Assembly: GCA_964016885.1 (NCBI GenBank)
Contig: OZ024745.1
Location: 99,076,001 to 99,140,000 of the forward strand
Reading direction: 5' to 3'
DNA: 64,000 nucleotides
DNA from: Eledone cirrhosa
Lineage: Eukaryota
Both the position numbers and the translations under genes were made by a program. Shown here one piece after another: positions 28,152 through 40,976 of this stretch (position 1 is the stretch's first letter; each line of letters opens with the position of its first letter). The notes under the pieces were generated by a model that saw only the letters and a list, made by a program, of their open reading frames with translations, made no database searches and was not told the DNA's origin.

Positions 28152-28268
28152 TTATTCTGATGAAATGACAGTAAATAATAACATTGAAATATTGAATGTC
28201 TGCATAACTAAAAGTTTGTAGATAGCTGTTTTAGGTTATGTAACTGTTATAGAAACACGTGTCAATAA
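28152..28268 (+). ncRNA. Type I hammerhead ribozyme with an enlarged branched helix II (5' pLTR)
   Basis: ttatt-CTGATGA-a-atgacagt...actgttat-a-GAAAC-ACGT-GTC-aataa: helix I ttatt/aataa, palindromic helix III, GUC cleavage triplet. Confidence 0.7.
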
Positions 28269-28472
28269 ATTCCTTTCAACTAAACTGTATCCATTCAAAT
28301 CTTTCTATTTTTCTCCGGATTACTTTTGGAACTACAACTGGAACCGTCGAGCAAACTCTACGTGAGCTGATAATCTACTGTGTGTAATATTTATATTACA
28401 ACACAACGGAAAATACTGTATATTTACCTCCTGTAAAGTCGAGCAACCCACACAGCAAACGCAACCACAACA

Positions 28473-30794
28473 ATGGAAAAACACTACCTGGATATGTCAC
28501 TCAAAAACATACCCACCCAAGGTAGAAAGGAATATTTATTGAGCATGATTCAAAAAACTAATGAATTCATTCGACGTGTCAGGTGGAAAACGCTCCACTA
28601 TGATAGAAGCCGTATGAACTCAACATTAGAAAGTGGTGTAAACAAAAAATTCGGTTTTAGGACTTGTAAAAACCCACCCACCAACCCACTATTAGATGCA
28701 TTTGAGCAGGACCTTATGAACTTAATCCTTAAAATTAAATTCAAAGGACGCAACACCAACAGCAAATTACAGAAAGATATAAAAAAACTACTGGACGACC
28801 TTAAAAACACCAAAGGAATTGTAGTAAAAGCGGACAAAACATCAAACCTGTACACTATGGATTGCACTACATACAACAACTTCATTCGAAAAGAATTACA
28901 TAAAAAATATAGAAAAACGAGTGAAGTAACCCTTAAGCACATCAATGATGAGGCATGCGAAATAGTGAAAAATCTCGGAATCGAAGATAGGACAGGACCA
29001 CTCTTACCGGCGGTACCCACTTTCAATCTTAAGGACCACAAGGTAAACTTTGATAATGACCCTAAAATTAGATTAATCTGCCCCTCTAAATCAGATATAG
29101 GTAAAATAAGCAAATATATCTTAGATAGAATCATCCCCCAAATTAAGGCTAAGGTTAACATTAAACTCTGGGGGAAGACCCAAGAAGCAATAAGATGGTT
29201 TAATAGCATTAGCAATAAGAATAAATCTAAGTTTATCCAGTTTGATATCGATGAATATTACTCATCGATATCACCTGAAACTTTGAATAGAGCCATTAAG
29301 TTTGCTAAGGATAACTCCGACCTTACAAACGATGAAATTAAGATTATATTAGAAGCTAGGAAAACTATAGTCAAATTTGAGAACAGTTATTGGGTACGTA
29401 AAGATAGACCCTCTAACTTTGACATAACAATGGGCTCTAACGATTCGGCGGAAATAACTGATATTGTGGGGTTATTTATCGCCTTTAGACTCCAGGAAAA
29501 ATTCAGCAATCTCCACGGCGGAATATACCGCGACGATGTTCTCCTCCTAGCTAAAAACCTTAATAACCAAAAACTAGAAAAACTACGCAAAGATATAAGA
29601 AAACTACTACTCGAAATAGGACTAACTATAACATATGAATACAACCTTAAAGTAGTTAACTTCCTGGATGTCACACTCAATTTAAACTCTGGTTTGATTA
29701 AACCGTTTCATAAATTGAATGAAAATCTCAAATACGTAAATGTTGGGTCTAACCACCCCATCTCTATAATTAAATCTATCCCTAAAAATATTTCCCTTAG
29801 AATCTCGGGTCTATCTTCTAACATACAAGTATTTAAGGAACACGCCGAGTACTACGATAACGCCCTTAGTAAAGCAGGCTACCTCAACAAAATAGAGTAC
29901 ATAGATGGGAACAATCAAAACACCCAAAATAAATCCCACATAGGTAGATATAATAACACAACACCAAACCACACTTACTACCATAGTATGCACACCAGTA
30001 AACCAACAAACAAAACTAATAGAAAGCGATGCAAAGAGTACTTATGGTATAACCCCGAATACAATAGCTCCATTAGTACAAATTTACCAGTACTCTTCTT
30101 TAAAATAATTAAAAGACATTTTCCCACATCACACAAATACCACAAAATCCTAAACCCTACCACTATAAGACTGTCATACTCTACAGCGTTAAACCTTGAA
30201 CAACACATAAAAAAGATCAATACTAGAAGGTTAAACGAAAACACTAAGAACTTAAGTACAAAGAACCCCAAAAAAACAGTAGACAATACACTACAGAACA
30301 TAAATAAACCACACCTAAGTTCGTCCGCAATACTACTCCAGAGAAAACCCAACGTACACAACTGTAACTGCACCTATCCTGACAACTGCCCCCTCGGCAA
30401 TAACTGCCTGGAAAAAAATATTATTTATAAGTGTACCATTAAATCCGGAGGCAACGAGTGGTATTACGTGGGATCAACGGCAACATCGTTTAAATCTCGA
30501 TTGTATAGGCATTCTTACTCAATAAAACACCAGAGCCAAAGAAATGTAACAACTTTAGCAGAGAAAGCTTGGACGCTCAGGGATAGCAATCAAAAGTTTA
30601 CCCTAAAATGGGAAAAATTAGCTAAAACCCAAAGCTTTTCCAGGAGCCAAAATTTCTGCAAATTGTGTAATCTTGAGATTTATTACATAATCACACACAA
30701 GAAGAAACTGCTGAATAACAGAATTGAACGAACATTATTCTGCCGTCACAGAACTAAAACCCTTTTTTCCCACTACAAGCCGAATATTACATAA
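28473..30794 (+). CDS. PLE reverse transcriptase plus C-terminal GIY-YIG endonuclease (Naiad clade), 773 aa
   Basis: Motifs SLKNIP..RRVRWK, KADKT, KDHK, RLI, QFDIDEYYSSI, ITMGS, IYRDDVL, FLDVTL, CNC-x5-CPL-x3-C, IIYKC..YYVGST..FKSRLYRH, CKLCNLE, and LNNRIE..CRH. Confidence 0.93.
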   Translation: MEKHYLDMSLKNIPTQGRKEYLLSMIQKTNEFIRRVRWKTLHYDRSRMNSTLESGVNKKFGFRTCKNPPTNPLLDAFEQDLMNLILKIKFKGRNTNSKLQKDIKKLLDDLKNTKGIVVKADKTSNLYTMDCTTYNNFIRKELHKKYRKTSEVTLKHINDEACEIVKNLGIEDRTGPLLPAVPTFNLKDHKVNFDNDPKIRLICPSKSDIGKISKYILDRIIPQIKAKVNIKLWGKTQEAIRWFNSISNKNKSKFIQFDIDEYYSSISPETLNRAIKFAKDNSDLTNDEIKIILEARKTIVKFENSYWVRKDRPSNFDITMGSNDSAEITDIVGLFIAFRLQEKFSNLHGGIYRDDVLLLAKNLNNQKLEKLRKDIRKLLLEIGLTITYEYNLKVVNFLDVTLNLNSGLIKPFHKLNENLKYVNVGSNHPISIIKSIPKNISLRISGLSSNIQVFKEHAEYYDNALSKAGYLNKIEYIDGNNQNTQNKSHIGRYNNTTPNHTYYHSMHTSKPTNKTNRKRCKEYLWYNPEYNSSISTNLPVLFFKIIKRHFPTSHKYHKILNPTTIRLSYSTALNLEQHIKKINTRRLNENTKNLSTKNPKKTVDNTLQNINKPHLSSSAILLQRKPNVHNCNCTYPDNCPLGNNCLEKNIIYKCTIKSGGNEWYYVGSTATSFKSRLYRHSYSIKHQSQRNVTTLAEKAWTLRDSNQKFTLKWEKLAKTQSFSRSQNFCKLCNLEIYYIITHKKKLLNNRIERTLFCRHRTKTLFSHYKPNIT

Positions 30795-31065
30795 AAGAGG
30801 GACATCCCCCAACTATATAAACCTTAATCTAGTTAGAAAAATATAAAAACAATCTCTTTTCAACATATATTAATAACCTTAAATTACCATACTAATAATG
30901 AAAAGATATGCTGATGAGAATAGGTACAAATATGCGATAATGAATGTGTCTAAAAACGTCCATAAGTATGTGTATATATATGTGAAAATGTATATAAATA
31001 AGTAAATATATATATATGTTTGATGTGTATAGTTAGATGTAAGTGTATTCATGTATTAAAGTGCT

Positions 31066-31098
<33 letters not shown>

Positions 31099-31125
31099 AT
31101 GTATATGTGTGTATATATGTATGTG

Positions 31126-31156
<31 letters not shown>

Positions 31157-31746
31157 GTATATGTATATATGTATATATATATGTGTATGTATGTATGTGT
31201 ATATGGATGTGTATGTATGTGTATGTGTGTACACATGGACTAGAGTATGTATGTATATATGTGTGTGTCTATACGTGTGTATATATAAAGATAAGTTGAG
31301 TATGAAAATGTATACACATGAGCGCGTATGTATGTACATGAATACATGTGTGTATATATATGTGTATGCATGTGTATATATATGTAAGTATGAATATGTG
31401 AATTGTGAGTATATGTATTTTTGTAGAGGTGTGCAAATATATTTGTGTGTGAATGCGTGGGTGAAAGAATACGTACACTTGAAAGAAAAATTTAAGTCTG
31501 AATGTTAAGTGCAAACACAAAACCAACCACGCATATCTTTACTATCTCTAATCCTTCTATAGATTTAGAAAAATAACCAATAATATATTCTATAAAAATG
31601 TCAAAACAACAGATGGGAATCTAATTAATCACTGCCACCAAGAATTCTCACTGCTATCGAAAAACCACTCCTTCAACTATTCTTCTAACAACTTCACCCC
31701 TTCCTCCTAATATTCTCTATAAAAACTAAATAGGTCCTCAGTAATA

Positions 31747-31863
31747 TTATTCTGATGAAATGACAGTAAATAATAACATTGAAATATTGAATGTCTGCAT
31801 AACTAAAAGTTTGTAGATAGCTGTTTTAGGTTATGTAACTGTTATAGAAACACGTGTCAATAA
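31747..31863 (+). ncRNA. Same hammerhead in the 3' pLTR
   Basis: Identical to 28152-28268 (offset 3595). Confidence 0.7.
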
Positions 31864-32016
31864 ATTCCTTTCAACTAAACTGTATCCATTCAAATCTTTC
31901 TATTTTTCTCCGGATTACTTTTGGAACTACAACTGGAACCGTCGAGCAAACTCTACGTGAGCTGATAATCTAGTGTGTGTAATATTTATATTACAACACA
32001 ACGGAAAATACTGTAT

Positions 32017-32049
<33 letters not shown>

Positions 32050-32073
32050 CATATATATATACATATATATACA

Positions 32074-32105
<32 letters not shown>

Positions 32106-32106
32106 C

Positions 32107-32187
<81 letters not shown>

Positions 32188-32204
32188 CATATACATATAT
32201 ATAC

Positions 32205-32267
<63 letters not shown>

Positions 32268-32317
32268 CATATACATATATATACATATATATATATATAC
32301 ATATATATACATATACA

Positions 32318-32351
<34 letters not shown>

Positions 32352-32373
32352 CATATATTATATATATATATAC

Positions 32374-33516
32374 TTGTACAGAGGTACTCTCAGTAAAGTC
32401 AGGGTAGGAATGGAGTTTAGTGAGGAATTCCAGATACAAGTAGGAGTACATCAGGGTTCGGTCCTCAGCCGCTCTTTTCATTATAGTCCTCCAAGCCATA
32501 ACAGAGGAGTTTAAGACTGGCTGTCCATGGGAACTTCTCTATGCTGACGATCTGGCTCTTATAGCAGAATCAGTAGAGGAGCTAGGAATAAATTCCGGCT
32601 ATGGAAACAGCAGTTGGAAGCAAGAGGACTGAGAGTAAATCTAGCTAAGACAAAAGTGTTGATGAGTAGAAAAGAGGACAAAACCCTGATTCCGTCAGGG
32701 AAATGGCCATGTTCGATATACAGAAAAGGAACTGGCATAAATTCTATAAAATGCACACAATGCAGGTCCTGGGTACACAAGAGATGTAGCAGGATAGCAG
32801 GCAAACTAACAGGTAGGGAGAAATATGTATGCAGTAGATGTACAGGGAAATTAGACAGTAGAAGTCGCATTGATAGACAGCGCTATAGAAGTGGTGGATA
32901 GCTTCCGGTACCTAGGAGATCAGATTAGCATGGAGGAGGGTGTTCCGAGGCCATAGTATCTAGAATAAGGACGGGTTGGAAGAAGTTTAGGGAGCTGCTT
33001 CCTCTGTTGACGAAGAAGGGTTTCTCCCTGCGTACGAAAGGCCGGTTGTATGATGCCTGTGTGAGGAGCGCGATGCTGCATGGTAGTGAGACATGGGCAG
33101 CAACCGCAGAGGATATGCGACGGCTAGAGAGAAATGAGGCAAGCATGCTCCGTTGGATGTGCAGTGTAAATGTGCGTGAACGACCCAGCATAAATGTGTT
33201 GAGAGAGAAACTGTGTCTGAGAGGGATAGAATGTAGTGTACGGGAGAGGAGACTGAGGTGGTATGGACATGTGATGCGCATGGAGGATGACCGATGGGTG
33301 AAGTGCCAGGAAATGCCAGTTGAAGGAAGACGTGGTAGAGGTAGACCACAAAAAACATGGGCGGAGGTGGTGAGAACAGACCTCAGATCATTGAAGCTCA
33401 CGGTGGAGATGACGAAGGACCGTGACGAGTGGAGAGATGCTGTGCTGAATAAGACCCGTCCCACCCTTGCAAGCAGGGAAAAGCGGACGTAAAATGATGA
33501 TGATGATGATGATGAT
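32374..33516 (+). mobile_element. RTE family C (short 3' end), 5'-truncated and frameshifted
   Basis: [32 protein letters not shown]...[13 protein letters not shown] running straight into (GAT)n. Confidence 0.9.
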
Positions 33517-33565
33517 ACATATACTATATATATATATACATATATATATATACATATATATATAC

Positions 33566-33600
<35 letters not shown>

Positions 33601-33689
33601 CACACATATATATATATATATACATATATATATACATGTATTATATACATAAATATATACATAAATATATACATATATATATACATATA

Positions 33690-34586
33690 CATCTTCATCA
33701 TCATTATCGTTTAACGTCTATCTTCCACGGTAGCATGGGTTTAGACGGGAATTGTCCTACTTGAGGCAAGATTGGTCGGGTGACCATATATAGGAGTGTC
33801 TGGTAGGTTTTCTACGGCTGGATGCCCTTCCTAACACCAACCACGCTTACTGGGAGGGTTTTACCGTGTTAACTACACGGCCCGATTTATTTTGAACTGG
33901 ATGTTGTGGTACCAACATAACTTTACAGAGAAAGGGTGGTGTTAGTGGGAGTGGGGGGAGTAGGGGTAGTGGGATGGGGTTTATATTTGGTTAAGAGGTG
34001 CCTACTGACTGTAGGTTTCGCTTTGTACATAGACAAGGCGGGTCTTCTGTATTACTGCATATCGCCAAAGATCTCGGTCCAGTGACATTGTCTCAGAGAG
34101 GTGTAAGTGTGTAAGGCTGGAATTTATCAAATCATCCCAGGTTTTTCTAGGTTTACCTACTCCGTAACTGCCATGAATTTTGATCGAACTGCACTTTTTT
34201 ATACAACTGTCATCTTTCATGCGCATCACGTGACCATACCAACATAGTCTTCTCTCGAGCAAACAGCATCTGATCCCTCTTATTTCTAATTTCTCACTTA
34301 ACTTTGGCCATTTATGCTTTGCTGTTCACATATATTACTATTACACATCCAACGGAGCATGGATGCTGCGTTCCTCTGCAGTCTGCGCAGATCCTCTGCA
34401 CACAAAGACCATGTCCCACTGCCACGTAACATTGTTGTTCATATACAGGCATCATACAATCTGCCTTTCATTTTAGAGAGAAATTTTTAGTGGCCAATAG
34501 TGGTATTAGCTCTCTGAACTTTTCTATCCTGTTCTGACTCCTGTACTTTCTGAGCACCACCACCACTGTTGATTTTGACACCCAGG
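33690..34586 (-). mobile_element. RTE family B-related element, older and 5'-truncated
   Basis: [16 protein letters not shown]...GKPRKTW plus long tail. Confidence 0.85.
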
Positions 34587-34720
34587 TATATATACATATA
34601 TATATATACAAATATATACATACATATATATATATACATATATATACATATATATACACATATATATACATATATATACATATATATATATACATATATA
34701 TACATACATATATATACTAC

Positions 34721-34751
<31 letters not shown>

Positions 34752-34756
34752 CATAC

Positions 34757-34787
<31 letters not shown>

Positions 34788-35125
34788 CATACATATATAT
34801 ATACATACATATATATACATATATATATACATACATATATATATACATACATATATATATACATATATATACATATATATACATACATATACATATATAT
34901 ACATATATATACATACATATACATATATATACATACATATACATATATATACTACATATATATACATACATATATATACATATATAAACATATATATACA
35001 TACATATATATACATATATATACATACATATATATACATATATATACATATATATACATATATATACATACATATACATATATACACATACATATACATA
35101 TATACACATACATATACATATATAC

Positions 35126-35158
<33 letters not shown>

Positions 35159-35216
35159 CATATACATACATATACAATATATACATATACATATATATAT
35201 ATATATACATATATAC

Positions 35217-35265
<49 letters not shown>

Positions 35266-35304
35266 CATATACATATATACATATATATATACATATATAT
35301 ATAC

Positions 35305-35338
<34 letters not shown>

Positions 35339-35379
35339 TACATATATATATACATATATATATATATATACATATATAC

Positions 35380-35472
<93 letters not shown>

Positions 35473-35473
35473 C

Positions 35474-35518
<45 letters not shown>

Positions 35519-36139
35519 CATATATATATATACATATATATACATACATATATATATATACACATATATATATACATACATATATATATACATACATATA
35601 TATATACATACATATATATATACATATATATATATACATATATATATATACATATATATACATACATATATATATATACACATATATATATACATATATA
35701 TATATACATATATATATATATACACATATATATATACATATATATATATACATATATATATATACATATATATATATACATATATATATATACATATATA
35801 TATATAACATATATATATATACACATATATATATATACATATATATATACATATATACATATACATATATACATATATATATACATATATATATACATAT
35901 ATATATACATATATATATACATATACATATATACATATATATACATATATATATACATATATATACATATATACATATATACATATACATATATACATAT
36001 ATATACATATACATATATACATATATATACATATATACATATATATATACATATACATATATACATATATATACATATACATATATACATATATATATAT
36101 ACATATATATATATATACATATATATATGCATATACGTA

Positions 36140-36212
36140 CATGAATAAGACCCGTCCCACCCTTGCAAGCAGGGAAAAGAGGACGTAAAATGATGATGAT
36201 GATGATGATGAT
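36140..36212 (+). mobile_element. RTE family C 3' terminus
   Basis: tgaataagacccgtcccacccttgcaagcagggaaaagaggacgtaaaatgatgatg. Confidence 0.75.
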
Positions 36213-36239
36213 ATATATACATATATATATACATATATA

Positions 36240-37838
36240 CTCTTTTACTCTTTTACCTGTTTCAGCCATCCGGCTGAGGCCATGCTGGGCACCGCCCTTG
36301 TTGCTACACATTTTATCTCCAGCCTGTATAGGTTGGCCACTGGTGTAGGAGGGAGTTTGTTGTTGCTGCCCTTAGGTTTCCCTCGTGTCTTGCTGTGGGC
36401 TCATCCGGAATCCTGGATAACAAGGTGTCGAGATGTTTCTTAAAGACATCCACCTCCACGTCATGCAAGTCTCGCAGATGCCTCGGCAGCCTGTTGAAGA
36501 GTTGAGGGCCCTTGAATCCCAGGCTATTGCAATACCTGCTCCTTATTCTAGATGTGGAAGACGGGACCTTTGGCACCACACAGTGACGTCCTGTTCGACG
36601 GTTGGTCCAGCTCCAATGCCAAAGTTTGGTGCTAGTCCCTCCAGGATTTTCCACATGTAGATCACTGCGTATCTCTCCCGTCTTCGCTCCAAGGAGTAGA
36701 GGTTCAGTTCCTTCAGCCTCTCCCAGTAGCTTGTCTCCCTCATCTTGGCAATCCTCTTGGTGTAGCTTCGCTGGATTGCCTCAAGCTCTGTGGTTAGTTT
36801 GACACTATGGGGTGACCACAGCTGGGAGCAGTAGTCCAGGCGGCTTAGGACAAAAGTCCTCCACAGTGTCAACATGGTGTCTCGATCTCTTGTAAGGAAA
36901 GTCTCAAGATCCAGCCAGCGAATCGTCTACATGCTGTCGCCACCTTCATGATGTGTGAAGAAAAAGATGCATCATCGCTCATGTCTATGCCCAGGTCTCG
37001 TATCGATTTTGACACGGGGATATCGGTCCCTCCTGGTCCTGTGTAGCTGTGTTCCGCTATATTTGTGTTTGTGTTTGCAGGTTTGTATTGTAGGGCTTGG
37101 AATTTGCCAGCATTAAACTGCATGTTGTTTTCTTCCGCCCATCTGTATATGGCATCCAGATCCTGCTGTAAGAGGGCAGCGTCAGCCGGGTTTTTGATTG
37201 CCTGTGCTACCTTAGTGTCATCAGCATAGCTAGTGAGGGATGTTGTTGCATGCACCACAGAGGGCATGTCCGAGAGAGCCACCAAAAACAGTAGTGGTCC
37301 CAGGACTGTCCCCTGAGGCACCCCACTTGTTATCGGTGTTTCCCTCGAGAGGGCCCCATTTGCTGCGACTGCCTGGCTTCTGTCCCTCAGGAAGCCATGC
37401 AGCCACTCACCTACTTTTCCAGTTATGCCGAGTCCGTGTAGTTTGTGACATATCATTCCGTGGTCGACCTTGTCAAAGGCCTTCGCAAAGTCAAGATATA
37501 TCACGTCTACATGTGAGCTGTCTAGTAGCTGTCTCAGTACCCAGTCGTAGTGATGTAGCAGCTGTGTAAGGCAGCTTCTTCCTGGGCGGAAGCCATGTTG
37601 CGTGCTAGTCAGGCGGTCATTTTCTTCGAGGAAAGTGATTAGTTTCTTTCTGACGACTCGCTCCATGACCTTACTGATATGCGACGTCAGGGAGACTGGC
37701 CTATAGTTCTTGGCCTCCGCTCTACTACCTCCTTTATGGATAGGGCATATTGTGCCTTCTTTCAGCTCCCTGGGTAGTACACCGCTAGCCAAGGAGCTTC
37801 TGAAGAGCATCTTCAGTGGAGTTGCTAAGGCCCGCTTA
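36240..37838 (-). mobile_element. CR1-type LINE, 5'-truncated, frameshifted RT
   Basis: [74 protein letters not shown]; (GTAAAAGA)n tail. Confidence 0.9.
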
Positions 37839-37845
37839 CATATAC

Positions 37846-37876
<31 letters not shown>

Positions 37877-38179
37877 CATATACATATATATACATATATA
37901 TATACATATATGTATATATATATAAATGTATATATATATATATAAGTATACATATATATATATACATATATATACATATACATATATATACATATACATA
38001 TATACATATACATATATATACATATACATATATACATATACATATATATACATATACATATATACATATATATATATACATATATACATATACATATATA
38101 CATATACATATATACATACATATACGTATACATACATATATATATATATATATACATATCCCTACATATATATATATAC

Positions 38180-38264
<85 letters not shown>

Positions 38265-38475
38265 CATATACATATATACATATATACATATATACATATA
38301 TATATATACATATATATATACATATATATATATACATATATCTATATACATATATCTATATACATATATCTATATACATATATCTATATACATATATATA
38401 TATACATATATATATATACATATATCTATATACATATATCTATATACATATATATATATACATATATATATATAC

Positions 38476-38512
<37 letters not shown>

Positions 38513-38738
38513 CATATATATATACATATATATATACATATATATATATATACATATATATATATACATATATATATATACATATATATATATACATATA
38601 TATATATACATATATATATATACATATATATACATATATATATACATATATATATATATACATTTATATATATATACATATATGTATATATATATGTATA
38701 TATATATATGTATATATATATATGTATATATATATATG

Positions 38739-38769
<31 letters not shown>

Positions 38770-38822
38770 GTATATATATATGTATATATATGTATATGCA
38801 TATATATATGTATATATATATG

Positions 38823-38857
<35 letters not shown>

Positions 38858-38861
38858 GTAT

Positions 38862-40785
38862 GTTTTACAACGTGAGGACAAGAAACAGGAGGTGTTCAAG
38901 ATTGCGAGGCAGTGTGTCAGAGAGAATTGTGATGTCATTGGAGAGAAGTGTATCGTTAACCAGGTAATACTAGAAGGGGCCATACCAAAAGATTGGTGCA
39001 GTAGCATCATTGTCAACTGCTACAAAGGTAAAGGCGATGCACTAGATAGAGGAAACTATAGAGGTATAAAGTTGATGGACCAGGTCATGAAAGTAACAAA
39101 GAGTTATAGCACAGCTGATTAGGGACCGGGTGAATATAGACGAGATGCAATTTGGGTTTGTACCAGGGAAAGGCACCACTGATGCCCTCTTCCTTGTGAG
39201 GCAATTACAGGAAAAGTACCTAGCTAAAAGTAAGCCACTCTACTTGGCATTTGTCGACCTTGAGAAAGCCTTTGACAGAGTTCCACGTGCAGTAATCTGG
39301 TGGGCTCTTAGAAAACTAGGAGTAGATGAATGGCTTGTGAAAGCGGTACAAGCCATGTATAGGGGAGCAGTCAGCAAAGTTAGGATTAGCAATGAGTATA
39401 GCGAGGAATTTAGCGTACAGGTTGGGGTCCACCAAGGCTCTGTTCTTAGCCCTCTCCTGTTCATCATAGTCCTGCAGGCAATAACGGAGGAGTTTAAGAC
39501 CGGATGCCCATGGGAACTCCTGTATGCTGATGACCTCGCACTCATAGCTGAATCTATGGTAGAACTAGAGAATAAATTCCAAACCTGGAAGCAGGGACTA
39601 GAGACAAAGGGCCTCAAAGTCAACATGACAAAGACTAAAGTCCTTGTAAGTAGACGAGAAAACAGAACCCAGATCCCCTCAGGGAAATGGCCTTGCTCAG
39701 TATGTAGGAAAGGTGTAGGTAGGAACTCCATTCTCTGCCCCAAATGCAAACAATGGGTACACAAGAGATGTAGCGGGATCTCAGGAAGCTTAATTAAGAA
39801 TGTAGGATTCACATGCAGCAGCTGTGCTGAAACAGCAAGCAAACAGCCACAGGAAACAAGTACCACCAATCTCTGGGAGGGCCCTGTAGAAACAGTAGAC
39901 AGCTTCTGCTACCTAGGTGACCGAATTAGCAACGGAGGTGGGTGCTCAGAAAGTACAATAACTAGGGTAAGAACGGGATGGAAGAAGTTTAGGGAACTAC
40001 TACCACTGCTAGCTGCAAAAGGCTTCTCCCTCAGAATGAAAGGCAGACTGTATGATGCGTGTATCCGAACAGCGATGTTGCATGGTAGTGAGACCTGGGC
40101 GCTGAAGGTGGAAGACTTACGTAGATTAGAGAGAAACGAAGCCTGCATGCTCCGATGGATGTGTAACAGTAATATACGTGAACGACAAAGCATAAAGGAA
40201 TTGAGAGAGAGAGACTGAGCATAAGAGGAATCAAATGCTGCGTGCAGGAGAGGCGGTTACGCTGGTATGGACATGTGATGCGTATGAAGGATGACAGCTG
40301 CATAAAAAGGTGCAGAGCACTAGAAGTTGATGGAAGCCGCGGAGTGGGGAGACCCAAGATGACTTGGGATGAGGTGATAAAAGCCGACCTTACCCAACTA
40401 CACCTCTCAAAGTCAATGACACACGACCGTGACTTCTGGCGTCACGCAGTAATACAGGGTACCCGACCTCCCATGGGTACATGCTGAAACATATAAACAA
40501 TATGCCCCCACTCCCCCCACCGCAAGGTGGTCGTGGAGGTGCCACGGCAAAAAAGCACCCAGCCCACACTGTAAAGTGGACGTGTAGGCGCCACGAAAAA
40601 GCACCCAGCACTCACTGTAAATGAGGTTGGTGTTAGGAAGGGCATCCAGCTGTAGAAATCAAGCCAGATCAGTTCCTGTATGAGCAAGGCATGGTCAGCC
40701 GACCAGACACTGCCCACAACAGGACAACCCGTCTAACCCATGCTAGCGTGGAAGAACGGACGTAAAACGGTGATGATGATGATGA
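38862..40785 (+). mobile_element. RTE family A, 5'-truncated with an internal deletion and frameshifts
   Basis: [44 protein letters not shown]...[10 protein letters not shown], then ~300-nt tail and (GAT)n. Confidence 0.92.
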
Positions 40786-40787
40786 CA

Positions 40788-40828
<41 letters not shown>

Positions 40829-40865
40829 GCATATATATATATATATATGTATATATATGCATATA

Positions 40866-40903
<38 letters not shown>

Positions 40904-40976
40904 TATATATATATATACATATATATATTCATATACATATATATACATATGTATATATATATATACATATATATAC

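Larger units (their letters stand above)
26922..32018 (+). mobile_element. Intact, young Naiad-type Penelope-like element with partially tandem pLTRs and an inverted 5' segment
   Basis: Direct repeats 27129-28423 and 30724-32018 (1295 bp; only two differences noticed). An inverted copy of ~28101-28308 lies at 26922-27129. Uninterrupted RT-GIY-YIG ORF; (TA)n on both sides. Confidence 0.92.

Noticed and set aside
28157-28200. Compact hammerhead using the first GAAA (CTGATGA-aatg...catt-GAAA)
   Set aside because: Helix I cannot form after the putative cleavage site. The longer fold using GAAAC at 28252 satisfies all three helices.
28473-30794. Selenoprotein Naiad (UGA read-through)
   Set aside because: Some Naiads use selenocysteine, but this ORF has no in-frame TGA and ends in TAA.
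27129-32018. LTR retrotransposon
   Set aside because: No TG..CA ends, PBS, gag or integrase. The repeat includes the ORF's 3' end and the protein is RT plus GIY-YIG, so these are PLE pseudo-LTRs.
40531-40560. Pistol ribozyme or preQ1 riboswitch
   Set aside because: It resembles only the P1 and pseudoknot; pistol P2/P3 and the catalytic or ligand-binding residues are not evident. Kept as an unknown pseudoknot instead.
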